Assembly: GCA_963806855.1 (NCBI GenBank)
Contig: CAWDYW010000003.1
Span: forward strand, 576,001 to 640,000
Source of the DNA: an uncultured Verrucomicrobiae bacterium
GTDB lineage: Bacteria > Chlamydiota > Chlamydiia > Chlamydiales > Rhabdochlamydiaceae
Length of the DNA: 64,000 nt
Reading direction: 5' to 3'
Part shown: positions 48,502 to 59,209 of the stretch, one piece after another
Position numbering within the stretch: position 1 is the first letter of the stretch
Layout of the letters: every line of letters begins with the position of its first letter
Program-made: the position numbers and the translations under genes
The notes under the pieces: model-generated
What the model was told of the DNA's origin: nothing
The model's database searches: none
The model's input: the letters and a program-made list of their open reading frames with translations, nothing else

Positions 48502-48599
48502 AGCTAAAGGGTCCTCCTGATCATGCAACTTTAGGAAAACCCATTCTAGAAATTCGTCGGTTTAATGGCTATCAATTTTTGTTAGAGGAATTAATAACA

Positions 48600-48960
48600 C
48601 CCAAGTTGCCACCTAAAAAGTGAGAAAGGAAATCGTGAACGCGGTAATCAAGATCATCAATTTGAGGATAAGGCCCCTGATTTGTATACTGCATGGATAC
48701 GTCTTGGGAGCCGACTAACCATTTGCTAAAGGCCGATTCGATCTGTTTTCGTATCCTTTTTCCATAGCGAAAATAAAGCAAACTCTGCCCTCTTTTCGCA
48801 TTACACTGTCTCTCGGCTAATAGGAGTATGTCCTTATAATGTCGATCCATGAGGGAGAGTCCCCAGATACATTTTTTGTAAAACCGATAGGTCATGTGAT
48901 GAGCCAGCAGAAATCGCAAATTCCTCAGGCCTGTAAACCAAGTCTTCTTGCTCGCATTAT
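48600..48960 (-). pseudogene. IS982-family transposase C-terminal remnant
   Basis: RKQIESAFS followed by a frameshifted RRIHAV; the frame runs into the terminal repeat. Confidence 0.65.
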
Positions 48961-49135
48961 ATCCTCAACAACTCGAAGAATCGGGAATACGACATCGACG
49001 TCAAAAAAAATCTTGTATCAATAGATTTCTTTGCCTAAGCTTATATTTATTTTGAGTGGAACATAGCACTATGTTTACAGGAGATGAATGCTCCTCGTGA
49101 AAATAGTGGAGTTTAAAAAAACAAATTGAGGAAAT

Positions 49136-50828
49136 ATGTGCAAAAAAGCATTAACAAGCATTTTTTTTAGTCTTGTGATGGCCTTTAGCAGCCTATGTGC
49201 TGACGCAGGTCATATTGAATACGATTATATCATCATAGGAAATGGTACGGCAGGTGCGGTCCTGGCTAGAAAACTGTCAGATAATAATAAGCACTCCGTT
49301 TTAGTCCTTGAGGCTGGTGTCAATCAAGATAATGATCCTGTCGTCTTAAATACAGGCATAAACCTGCTTTTTTCAGATTTGACAAGTTTGACGTACAATC
49401 CTACATATGCGGAAACTTATGCCGTAGCTGTTTTTAACCCTCTAGAAGCTGTCGTTTATTCCGAAGGAAGGGGCTGGGGAGGCAGCAGCAAACACAATTA
49501 TATGCAAGTTGTGAGGGGAACTCCAGGCATCTACAATCAATGGGCGGCCATTTCAGGCAATTCTCTTTGGGCCTATAACAATTTACTCCCCATGATGCTT
49601 GCTCTCGAAAATTACACCCCCTGTATGACTACGGCTAACCCTGCGCAACGAGGAACAGGCGGACCCATTAGCATGACCCAAACTCTTCCAGTGAATAGCG
49701 ATTTTCTGGGAAACCAACTGGCGGCGGCTACCGGGACGCCATTTGTTGCCGATATTAACGACTATACAGAGGGTCTTCTTGGGATTTCAGCCTTTCAAAT
49801 GTTTGCGACAGCAACTGCACCTTGTACACCTGGCCAACGAAGCTTTTCTTCAAATGAATTTTTACCTCCTTCCGTCGTTACACCTACTGAGATGGGCGGC
49901 ACTGGAACAGGCAAGAGATTATTACGCATCGCATCAAATTCGTATGTCGATTCAATCATTTTTCATGGCAAAAAAGCGGTTGGGGTCAGATTTATCTATA
50001 ACGATCAACCCGAAAAAATACTTAAAGCCTATGGCAAAAAAATCATTCTTTGCGCTGGGTCTGTCAATAGCCCTGCAATTTTGCAAAGATCAGGAATCGG
50101 CGATCCAGCTGTTCTTGAACCATTAGGGATCAAAGTCCTTGTAGACAATCCTAATGTCGGGGCGAATTTGAATAATCAGTACGGAGGCAATGCCATTGCC
50201 ATAACTAGTACAACCGCCCTGCCATTTTTACAAGCGTTCATCAATGGAAGCGGCACCCCAGCTCTTGCTCCTCCTTTTAACTATCCAAATGATTCGAATC
50301 GAAGGGTTCAAATCGATGCCTTTCAAATCGCTCCGGGGCTCTGCGAGCTGCTTGCTTTTCTTTTAGAGCCTAACAGTCGGGGATCTGTCCAAATCGTCAG
50401 TAGAAATCCTTTGGTGCAACCCAAGATCAATTTAAATATGTATACCGATGGTCCCGTAACGACCTTAGGAACGGATGCCAATTTAACTGTCGCATCTTAC
50501 ATGTTGATTGCACAGGCCGTAGGATTATCAAATATGATCTTCCCATCTCCTGCCCAATTTGCGCAGCCCTGACGCACTGCTTGCTGCTGCCATGACCGCG
50601 AGCGGTATTACAGCAGAGAGCCACATTGTATCAACTGCCAGGATGGGTATTTCGAGCGCCACTGCAGTTGTCGATGGAGATCTTAATGTCTTTGGAGTTG
50701 AAAACCTAATGGTCGCAGATGCCAGTGTAATCCCTGTCATGCCAGATGGGAACATCTGCTATGCCGTCTATATGATTGCCTTAGGAGCAGCTGCAATTTT
50801 AGGAGTTCCAACTCCTCCTGCTCTCTAG
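49136..50828 (+). CDS. Exported GMC-family FAD oxidoreductase (frameshift near 50565)
   Basis: Signal peptide; YDYIIIGNGTAG, VLVLEAG, LCAGSVNSPAILQRSGIG, VFGVENLMVADASVIP. Confidence 0.88.
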
Positions 50829-50848
50829 ATAGAATTTTTGCTTAAGCT

Positions 50849-50883
50849 AGCCATGGTTCACAGCGATGTGAATCATGGCTTTT
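50849..50883. terminator. Hairpin terminator between convergent passenger genes
   Basis: agccatggttcaca-gcga-tgtgaatcatggct followed by Ts. Confidence 0.6.
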
Positions 50884-50886
50884 GTA

Positions 50887-51570
50887 TTACCACTTGAAAC
50901 CTAACCCGCCGCCAACAAAAAAGCCGGTAAAATTTCCACTCATGCTGTGAATGTGATCATGTATATGCCCAAAAGGGGTGTAATAAAAATCACCGAAGGC
51001 ATCTAAAAAGAAGTTTCTGCAGAAAGTATAGCGAAATCCTGTTTTTGTCGTTACGCCAAATTGACTCTTGTGCTTATGAGTGGTGCTAAACCCGTCTTTA
51101 TTCTGAATAAGCAACCAGCTATAGGTCGGACCCACTCCTACATAGAAATCGAGGTTCCCACAGAGATTATACTCATATTCTAAACCTAAACTTATAGGGA
51201 GTAAGTGAAGATGTGAATGAAAACGAAAACCCTCTGTTACTCCTGTCGCAAATGTCCAGCCGAGATTCCCCCAAAGCAAGAGTCGACCGCAGTCCCACGA
51301 ACACATGCTGTAGGAAGCTTCGAGTTCTACTGTTGGCAGAGCAGTCCCGTAAATTTCACGTATATGCGATTGCAATGGGAAATAAGCTGCACCCCGGGCT
51401 TGTAAACTCCAGCTGGGCGGACAGCACTCATCGAAGCAAGGTGAACAACATTCTTGCACTGCATTAAAACCGTCTTCTCCTGTTAAATGGCTGCTATCGG
51501 CTTCTTCAGCAGATATCGCCATAGGGATAGCAAAAGCTGTTAGAATTGACAAGAAATATAAATTTTTCAT
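50887..51570 (-). CDS. Small outer-membrane beta-barrel protein, Cys-rich N-terminus
   Basis: Signal peptide, CCSPC..CCPP, amphipathic strands, C-terminal GGGLGFKW. Confidence 0.75.
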   Translation of the reverse strand: MKNLYFLSILTAFAIPMAISAEEADSSHLTGEDGFNAVQECCSPCFDECCPPSWSLQARGAAYFPLQSHIREIYGTALPTVELEASYSMCSWDCGRLLLWGNLGWTFATGVTEGFRFHSHLHLLPISLGLEYEYNLCGNLDFYVGVGPTYSWLLIQNKDGFSTTHKHKSQFGVTTKTGFRYTFCRNFFLDAFGDFYYTPFGHIHDHIHSMSGNFTGFFVGGGLGFKW

Positions 51571-51783
51571 AAATATGGCTCCTTTTAAACCATATTTGAT
51601 AAATACAAAAAAGAAATTTTTAATGCAATTATTTTTTTTAAATTTGGGTTGTTGACTACTTCTATATGGGCAATTTCGACAAAAAACCGGTGCATTTTTC
51701 TGCAGTGTCTAAATGGCTTTTGCCACCCCTTAAAATTGGCAGAAGCTTTACAAAAAATGTCACTTTTTAGGTGGCAACTTGGG

Positions 51784-52497
51784 TTAAGAATTTAAGACTG
51801 CTCGGATGTGCTCGCAATTGCAAGCGCCGCAGGTGCAGCCAACGGGACTGCCTAAATAGACATTATATTGTTCGCCGGAGTTGAGCGGATTGCTGACGAT
51901 GTAGAGTTTGTCTCCCGCTTGGCGGATGTCCCAATCGCGGAAACTTAGATCTTGATCGCTCACCTCTTCTTCAGGGTGCTCTTGCTCAGGTTCCTGGTGG
52001 AAGACCCGCATGATCTGGCAGTGCATGCAATTGCAATGAGGCTCTGCTTTGGGAAAATTGTCGGGATTTTCAAAGCCGATCGCTTTGGTTAAGCTGGCGA
52101 TTTTCTCAAGCACCTCTTTAGGTAGGTCGGGACTGTCGGCAGCTTCTGAATTGTGCTGCAGGAGGTTGCCCATGTTACCTCCCTCAATTCCAAATCGGAG
52201 AGGGAAGCTCAGCAGGCCGCCCCCTTCGATATTCATCCCAGGGAGGATGGTGGGGGGAGGTGGATTCTTTTGAGGTTGAATGCTTGCGACTTCTTGTTCG
52301 AGATGTTTTTGATGGGCGTTAAAAATCGCCTCCATCTCGGAGGATTCTAAATGGGGGATTTCAATCGTCGATCCGTTTACGAGGCCGATAACGAGGATCG
52401 GGTGGCCTTCTCTTCGATCCAGATGGAGCGAGAGGACGTTTTTCCAGGAGGTGGAGATATAAGGAGGGATGCTTAGAATTTTTTGATTTACTTTCAT
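51784..52497 (-). CDS. Conserved chlamydial protein (CT016-like) with a C-terminal SWIM-like Zn motif
   Basis: LSIPPYISTSW, HCNCMHCQI, CTCG..NCEH; adjacent to phoH as in Chlamydia. Confidence 0.8.
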   Translation of the reverse strand: MKVNQKILSIPPYISTSWKNVLSLHLDRREGHPILVIGLVNGSTIEIPHLESSEMEAIFNAHQKHLEQEVASIQPQKNPPPPTILPGMNIEGGGLLSFPLRFGIEGGNMGNLLQHNSEAADSPDLPKEVLEKIASLTKAIGFENPDNFPKAEPHCNCMHCQIMRVFHQEPEQEHPEEEVSDQDLSFRDWDIRQAGDKLYIVSNPLNSGEQYNVYLGSPVGCTCGACNCEHIRAVLNS

Positions 52498-52529
52498 ATT
52501 TAAGTCCTATTGGGTAGGTCTATAACTAG

Positions 52530-52559
52530 ATTATAATTGAAAGGTGTATCTTTTGTCAA
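52530..52559 (-). promoter_or_regulatory. Consensus sigma66/70 promoter
   Basis: On the minus strand, TTGACA-18 nt-TATAAT upstream of the 52497 gene. Confidence 0.7.
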
Positions 52560-52693
52560 CGAAATCTAGCAGTCTTGTGTTTTGTTTGCTGAAAACTTTA
52601 TTTAAGTCGTTTAACATAAGTGTGATAAAAAAAAGATTGTCACAAGTGCAACTGGCCGTTATGCTCCAAAAAGGAACAGAGGAGCTCTAAATA

Positions 52694-54004
52694 GTGTCTA
52701 AAACCATCTATGTCATCGATACCAACGTTTTTCTTCATGATCCTTACGCAATCGATACCTTCAAAAATAGTGAAATTGTCATTCCACTGGGCGTCCTGGA
52801 GGAGCTCGATGATTTAAAACGGTTTACCGATGAGAGGGGTAAAAATGCCCGCTTTCTCCTCCGCTTTATCAATGGTCTGAAAGGGCAGGGAGGCGATCTC
52901 ATTCATGGAGTGGAATCGAAGAATGGCAATACGGTTAGAATTGTCTATACGATAGAGCCGATAGATAAGGCGCAATTTCCTCTTCCGCTTGAGCGGGCGA
53001 ACAATAAGTTGATCATGGCCTATCAGATCGCCCAAAAAAATCCGAAAGTGGTTTTCATTTCGAAAGATCTGGTGATGCGGATCAAAGCTGAGGCGATCGG
53101 ATTGAAAGCCGAGGATTATGAGAATCTCAAATTCTCCTATGATAAGATCTATAAAGGATACCGAAAAATCGAGGTGCCCAAAAATCAGATCGATATGTTT
53201 TTTAAAGATGGGCAAATCGATGTCAGTACTGAAGGATTCCGCCCAAATGAATTCTGCATGATGAATTCTCCTGAGAAGTCGTCAGCGGTTGCACGTTTCA
53301 ATCAGAAGACCAAAAAACTTGAGCCGCTCATCAAAGTGACGCAAGATATCTGGGGGATTTTGCCGCTCAATCTCGAGCAAAAGTGTGCGCTTGATCTTCT
53401 CTTACGCGATGATATTAAGTTGGTCACTTTGGTCGGCCCTGCTGGAACGGGTAAGACGATGCTCACTCTTGCCGTAGCGCTGCGCAAGGTATTTGATGAA
53501 GGGCTCTATTCGCGGATTCTCGTCAGTAGACCGATTGTCCCACTTGGAAAAGACATCGGCTATTTGCCCGGAACTAAAGAAGAGAAGTTGATCCACTGGA
53601 TGCAGCCAATCTATGATAACTTGGAATTTCTTTGCTCCGCCGGTGCCAAATCGGAAGAAGGGGGAGGGGAAACGCAATCCTACATCATGGAGAGCGGCAA
53701 AATTGAGATGGAGGCTGTCACCTATATCCGAGGTCGATCGCTCCCCAAAATGTTCATCATTGTCGACGAGGCGCAAAACCTGACGCCGCATGAAGCCAAG
53801 ACGATCATCTCCCGTGCAGGTCAAGGGACAAAAGTGGTCTTCACCGGCGACCCAACGCAGATCGATAATCCCTATCTTGACAAAGATTCAAATGCGCTCA
53901 CATTCACTGTGGGCAAATTTGCTGAGCACAGCATTTTTGGGCACATGTTCTTAGAGCGAACTGAACGCTCCGAACTCGCTGCGCTTGCTGCAGAGATTAT
54001 GTAG
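52694..54004 (+). CDS. phoH: PIN-domain PhoH-family ATPase
   Basis: VIDTNVFLHDP (PIN), GPAGTGKT, GYLPG, IRGRS, DEAQN. Confidence 0.92.
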   Translation: MSKTIYVIDTNVFLHDPYAIDTFKNSEIVIPLGVLEELDDLKRFTDERGKNARFLLRFINGLKGQGGDLIHGVESKNGNTVRIVYTIEPIDKAQFPLPLERANNKLIMAYQIAQKNPKVVFISKDLVMRIKAEAIGLKAEDYENLKFSYDKIYKGYRKIEVPKNQIDMFFKDGQIDVSTEGFRPNEFCMMNSPEKSSAVARFNQKTKKLEPLIKVTQDIWGILPLNLEQKCALDLLLRDDIKLVTLVGPAGTGKTMLTLAVALRKVFDEGLYSRILVSRPIVPLGKDIGYLPGTKEEKLIHWMQPIYDNLEFLCSAGAKSEEGGGETQSYIMESGKIEMEAVTYIRGRSLPKMFIIVDEAQNLTPHEAKTIISRAGQGTKVVFTGDPTQIDNPYLDKDSNALTFTVGKFAEHSIFGHMFLERTERSELAALAAEIM

Positions 54005-54100
54005 TCGAAATTTTTGTAAAAGCCACTTCCAAAAAAAGAGCATTCATAATATCCTTCCTCCTTGTCGGTTGAAAAGTAGACTAATACCTAGGAGGATTCT

Positions 54101-55402
54101 ATGTTTGATTTAAGAAAAATGAGCAAAGCGCTCATTCCTTTATCTCTAATGACAATGGCCGGAGCGTTTGCCGAATCAGAAATTGCGGATAATTACTGCC
54201 CCACAACAAATTGTTGCCCACCAACATGCTGCAAACCTTGCTGCGTGCCCCAACCAAAAAAATGCATCGACTGCGAATGCTACAACCCACGATTTTACGA
54301 TCTTCAGTGCGATTGGGGTGTGTTTGCTACTGTAGATTTCCTTTATTGGTATGCAAGAGAGTCAAATCTCGAATTTGCGAATACAATTCAGTATACAGCT
54401 ACACCACCTGGTGGTCCAACTACTGACCAATTGGGATATGTTGTAAAACATCATTATCTCAAGTCGAAATGGGATGCAGGGGTCCGAGCAGGGCTTGGTT
54501 TGAATTCAGATTGTGATGGTTGGGATCTATTCCTAAATTGGACTTATTTTCATAACCATAAGAGTGGTTCGAAATCTGATCCTACCTTCACCACTACTAC
54601 TGATTTCACTGCAAATGGATTAATCAATGGGGTAAATGACCCTTGGGCATCTCCCATTGATAGTGGGGCTAATGGATTTCTTCAAATATTTGCTCCTCAA
54701 GTATCGTCAAAATGGTCACTGATTTTTAACCAGATCGATCTCGAGCTAGGTAAAAAATATTGGGTAAGCAAATGCTTTACTCTTAGACCTTATACCGGTC
54801 TACGAGGCGCATGGACACATACCAATTACTCTGTCGAGGCAAATAATCCATTAATTGTCACTGCGGGCAAAACGATCCCGACATTAACTTCTAGCACTGA
54901 TTTCAATAAATTTAGAAATAGATTTTGGGGGGTTGGGCTCCTTGGCGGATTGCAACCTCAGTTCGTCTTCGGCGATTGGTGCGGATGTGGGGTCTTCAGC
55001 CTTTATGGAAATGTAGAAGGCGCTCTCATTTGGGGAAAATTTCAAGGACATAATGCTCTTTTACATACAAAAAATCTCATAGATAATGTAACTGGGGTCG
55101 CTACTTTAATTTCTTCAACAAATCCAGTGGAGAAAGATAACTTTTCTCGTATGCAAGGGATTTTAGACCTTGGCTTCGGAATCCGTTGGGAAGAAACTTG
55201 GTGCTGCGATCGTTATATGACCTCGATTGACCTTGGTTGGGAACACCACTACTGGTTCGATTTTGGATTATATCATCGAACAATTGGAGGAACCTTCGTT
55301 AATGGACCAGTTGCCGCTATCGTTACTCCACTTGCAACAAATAACTTCGTGACTAATCTGGGCCTTGGTGGTCTAGTCGTCCGTTTCAGATTCGATTTCT
55401 AA
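54101..55402 (+). CDS. MOMP-like (Lpg1974-family) porin, copy 1
   Basis: Signal peptide, Cys-rich N-terminus, DFLYW, IDLELG, GWEHHYWF, C-terminal RFDF. Confidence 0.85.
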   Translation: MFDLRKMSKALIPLSLMTMAGAFAESEIADNYCPTTNCCPPTCCKPCCVPQPKKCIDCECYNPRFYDLQCDWGVFATVDFLYWYARESNLEFANTIQYTATPPGGPTTDQLGYVVKHHYLKSKWDAGVRAGLGLNSDCDGWDLFLNWTYFHNHKSGSKSDPTFTTTTDFTANGLINGVNDPWASPIDSGANGFLQIFAPQVSSKWSLIFNQIDLELGKKYWVSKCFTLRPYTGLRGAWTHTNYSVEANNPLIVTAGKTIPTLTSSTDFNKFRNRFWGVGLLGGLQPQFVFGDWCGCGVFSLYGNVEGALIWGKFQGHNALLHTKNLIDNVTGVATLISSTNPVEKDNFSRMQGILDLGFGIRWEETWCCDRYMTSIDLGWEHHYWFDFGLYHRTIGGTFVNGPVAAIVTPLATNNFVTNLGLGGLVVRFRFDF

Positions 55403-55448
55403 TCTAGAAGATGGGAGCGGTCACCTATATTCGAGGCCGATCGCTCCC

Positions 55449-55499
55449 TATGCCAAAACAACTTGAAGAATTCCCGGTTCTTCAAGTTGTTTCGTTATA
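55449..55499. repeat. Short internally deleted relative of the 46038-46199 element
   Basis: aaacaacttgaagaa-ttcccgg-ttcttcaagttgttt resembles both terminal repeats of that element. Confidence 0.6.
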
Positions 55500-55682
55500 A
55501 AATGTTCATCATTGTCGGTGAGGCGCAAAACCTCTAAAGACAAAGGTGGTCTTCACCGGCAACCCAACGCAGAAAACATCAGAACAGATGCGAAGCGAAA
55601 AAAAATCTTCCAAAAAAAGTGCAAACACAATATCCTCTCTTTCTAATTGGTTGCCAATAGACTAATACCCAGGAGGATATCT

Positions 55683-57000
55683 ATGATAAACTTAAAGAAG
55701 ATGAGTAAAGCGCTCATCCCTTTATCGCTAATGACAATGACTGGCGCGTTTGCCGAATCAGAAATTGCGGACAACTGCTCCACAACAAATTGTTGCCCAC
55801 CAACATGCTGCAAACCTTGCTGCGTGCCCCAACCTAAAAAATGCATCGACTGCGAATGCTATAACCCACAATTCTACGATCTTCAGTGTGATTGGGGTGT
55901 GTTTGCAACAGTTGATTTCCTTTATTGGTATGCTCGTGAGTCGAATCTCGAGTTTGCAAATACAATTCAATATTCAGCTACACCACCTGCTGGTCCAACT
56001 TCTGTCCAATTAGGATATGTTGTAAAACATCATTATCTCGAGTCAAAATGGGATGCAGGGGTCCGAGCAGGTCTTGGTATGAACTCAGATTGTGATGGTT
56101 GGGATCTATACCTAAATTGGACTTATATTGATAACCATAAGAGTGGTTCCAAATCTGCTCCTACCTTCACCACTACTACTGATTTCACTGCAAATGGATT
56201 AGTCAATGGTGTAAATGATCCTTGGGCATCTCCCATTGATCCTGCTGATGGTGTTTCATTTGTTCAAGTAGCTGCTCCTCAAATATCGGCAAAATGGTCG
56301 GTGATTTTTAACCAGATCGATCTCGAATTTGGTAAAAAATATTGGGTAAGCAAATGCTTTACTCTTAGACCCTATACCGGTGTACGAGGTGCATGGACAC
56401 ATACCAATTTCCATGTCGAGGCAGATAATCCATCAGTATTTGTCAGCGGGAACACTACCACCGTATTTTCTAGCACTGACTCCAATAAGTTTAGAAATAA
56501 ATTTTGGGGAGTTGGGGTCCTAGGCGGATTGCAACCCCAATTCGTCTTCGGCGATTGGTGTGGATGTGGGGGCTTCAGCCTTTATGGGAATGTAGAAGGC
56601 GCTCTCATCTGGGGAAAATATCAAGGACGTAATGCTCTTTTCCATACACTAACGGAAACAGATATTGCAACTGGAATCTCTACGTTAGATTCTTTAACAA
56701 GCCCAGTGGAGAAAGATAACTTTTCTCGTATGCAAGGGATTTTAGACCTTGGCATCGGAATCCGTTGGGAAGAAACTTGGTGCTGCGATCGTTATATGAC
56801 CTCGATTGACCTTGGTTGGGAACACCACTACTGGTTCGATTTTGGATTATATCATCGAACAATTGGAGGAGTCGTCGTTTGGTGAAGTGGATACCACCAC
56901 TGTAGTTGAAGTTGGAACCCATACTCCAATTGCATCGAATAACTTCGTGACTAATCTGGGCCTTGGTGGTCTAGTCGTCCGTTTCAGACTCGATTTCTAA
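55683..57000 (+). CDS. MOMP-like porin, copy 2 (frameshift near 56880)
   Basis: Highly similar to copy 1; C-terminal RLDF in a second frame. Confidence 0.85.
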
Positions 57001-57023
57001 TCTAGAAATCAGATCCTAGTAAT

Positions 57024-57055
57024 AAGCACCCGGCTGCGGCTGGGTGCTTTTTTTT
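57024..57055 (+). terminator. Rho-independent terminator
   Basis: aagcacccggc-tgcg-gctgggtgctt followed by a T run. Confidence 0.8.
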
Positions 57056-57149
57056 AGATGATGGGTAAAAAAATTAATTGTCATATATTAAAAAATTTAA
57101 TATTAGGTTGTCTTAAGAGGTAAAATAAATTTTTAAACCTAGGAGACCT

Positions 57150-58457
57150 ATGAAGGATTTAAAGAAATGGAGCTGTGCGCTCATTCCAATGTCTTTAATG
57201 GCAATGACTTGCGGATTTGCTGGAGAGGAGAGCGGAGATAACTGCTGCTGCGAGCCCTGTTGCCCGCCCAAAAAATGCATCGACTGCGAGTGCTATACTC
57301 CTCAGTATTATGATCTCCAGTGCGATTGGGGAGTCTTTGTGACCTGTGACTTTTTGTATTGGTACGCTGCTGAGACTAATCTCGAATATGCCAATTTGAT
57401 TCAATATACATTTCAGACTCCAACTGATAACGGTACAGTCGGGGCTCAATATGGTTATGTGACTCAGCATAAATATCTCAATACAAACTGGGACGCTGGG
57501 GTGCGGGTTGGGGTGGGAGCCCATACGCTGTGCGATGGTTGGGATCTCTTCTTAAATTGGACCTATTTTGATAACAATATCCATGGTTCAAGAAGCGAGC
57601 CTCTCAGCACAACTACAGACGAGCAATTTGTAGATGGGCTGATCAATGGGGTCAATGATCCTTGGGCTGCGGTCGATCCAATTCGCAATTTTACTCAGGT
57701 TGCATCACCAAGGGTAGCTGCGAAGTGGTCGCTGATTTTCAATCAGATGGATTTGGAATTTGGAAGGAAGTTTTGGTTATCCAAGACGATGCTTGTAAGG
57801 CTCTACAGCGGTCTCAGAGGGGCGTGGACTCATACGAATTTCACTGTGAGTGCTAATTATACGGCCACTTATCTGCCTCTCAATGGAATACCGGCTGGAT
57901 CAGTCACCGAAGAGGCGCAGTATAGAAATCGGTTTAGGAACCGTTTCTGGGGAGTGGGGCTTTTAGGGGGAGTACAGCCTGAGTGGGCATTTGCGAATTG
58001 GTGTTGCAGTGACTTTAGTCTCTTCAGCAATTTTGAAGGAGCTCTCATTTGGGGTAAATTTAAAGGGCGCAACCTTTTTCAATTCAGTTTAACAACAGAC
58101 GATGCTTCGAATATCAACGGCGGGACTGCCATTGCAGGGGGAGCAGGGTTCCCAGCAACTGTCGCTGCGAGTCCACTTGAGGTCGATAGTTTCTCTCGTA
58201 TGCAGGGGATTTTAGACCTTGGAATCGGGCTCCGCTGGGAAAAGCATTGGTGCTGCAACCGGTATAGCACTTCGATCGATCTGGGTTGGGAACACCACTA
58301 TTGGTTTGATTTTGGATTATACCATCGGGCCATTGCCGGGGTAGAGCAATCTGACGTAAATTCGGTGATCGAGTTCATGACTCCGCTCGGAACCAACAAC
58401 TTCGTGACCCATCTCGGTTTCGGGGGACTTGTGGTTCGAGCACGGCTCGATTTCTAA
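57150..58457 (+). CDS. MOMP-like porin, copy 3 (more divergent)
   Basis: Same family motifs, C-terminal RLDF. Confidence 0.85.
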   Translation: MKDLKKWSCALIPMSLMAMTCGFAGEESGDNCCCEPCCPPKKCIDCECYTPQYYDLQCDWGVFVTCDFLYWYAAETNLEYANLIQYTFQTPTDNGTVGAQYGYVTQHKYLNTNWDAGVRVGVGAHTLCDGWDLFLNWTYFDNNIHGSRSEPLSTTTDEQFVDGLINGVNDPWAAVDPIRNFTQVASPRVAAKWSLIFNQMDLEFGRKFWLSKTMLVRLYSGLRGAWTHTNFTVSANYTATYLPLNGIPAGSVTEEAQYRNRFRNRFWGVGLLGGVQPEWAFANWCCSDFSLFSNFEGALIWGKFKGRNLFQFSLTTDDASNINGGTAIAGGAGFPATVAASPLEVDSFSRMQGILDLGIGLRWEKHWCCNRYSTSIDLGWEHHYWFDFGLYHRAIAGVEQSDVNSVIEFMTPLGTNNFVTHLGFGGLVVRARLDF

Positions 58458-58458
58458 T

Positions 58459-59142
58459 ATGAAAGCGATTTGGAAGGGTTGGCTCAGCTTTGGTTTAATC
58501 AACATTCCGGTCAATTTGTATTCGGCGACGGTTGAGAAGGAGTTGAGCTTCCATCTACTTCATAAAAAGGATCTCTCGCCTATTCACTACTCGCGGGTAT
58601 GCGACAAGGATGGCAAAGAGGTCCCCTGGGGAGATATCGTCAAGGGGTATGAGCTCGAGAAGGGGCACTTTGTGGTCTTGACGGAAGAAGACTTTGAAAA
58701 GGCCAATGTCAAGCGGGTCAAGTCGATTGAAATTTTAGATTTCGTCGATGAGGGACAGATCGAGTCGGTCTTCTATGAAAAACCCTACTATTTAGAGCCG
58801 CAAAAGGGGGGCACTAAGGCCTATCTGCTGCTCCATCGGGCTTTACTCGAGTGTGGCACAGTGGGCGTGACTAAATTTGTCATTCGCAATCGAGAACATT
58901 TAGGGGTGATCAAGCCTTATAAAAATATGCTGGTGCTCAATCAACTCCGCTTTGTTAATGAACTTCGGTTGCCGGCGATCGAATTGCCCAGGGCCTCTTT
59001 TTCTAAGAAAGAAATCGAGATGGCCACTAAGCTCATCGATCAGTCGACGGTTAAATTTAATCCAAAGCACTACAAAGATGAATATCGAGATGAGCTGCTT
59101 GATCTGATCAAACACAAAGCAAGGGGAAGAGACCGCGGGTAA
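58459..59142 (+). CDS. ku: Ku (NHEJ end-binding protein); C-terminus probably frameshifted and extending to about 59205
   Basis: [47 protein letters not shown] motif in another frame. Confidence 0.92.
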   Translation: MKAIWKGWLSFGLINIPVNLYSATVEKELSFHLLHKKDLSPIHYSRVCDKDGKEVPWGDIVKGYELEKGHFVVLTEEDFEKANVKRVKSIEILDFVDEGQIESVFYEKPYYLEPQKGGTKAYLLLHRALLECGTVGVTKFVIRNREHLGVIKPYKNMLVLNQLRFVNELRLPAIELPRASFSKKEIEMATKLIDQSTVKFNPKHYKDEYRDELLDLIKHKARGRDRG

Positions 59143-59209
59143 AAGGAAAAGCACCAAGGAGGGCAGTTAGTGCCGATTTGACCCGAGTCTTACGTGCGAG
59201 TTTAATTGC

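Larger units (their letters stand above)
48599..51784. mobile_element. IS982-derived element of about 3.2 kb with passenger genes
   Basis: Perfect 25-bp inverted repeats acccaagttgccacctaaaaagtga at 48599-48623 and 51760-51784, with a transposase remnant inside. Confidence 0.75.

Noticed and set aside
52694..54004. PIN-PhoH as an anti-phage or toxin system
   Set aside because: It occupies the conserved chlamydial core position and has no adjacent antitoxin or defence genes.
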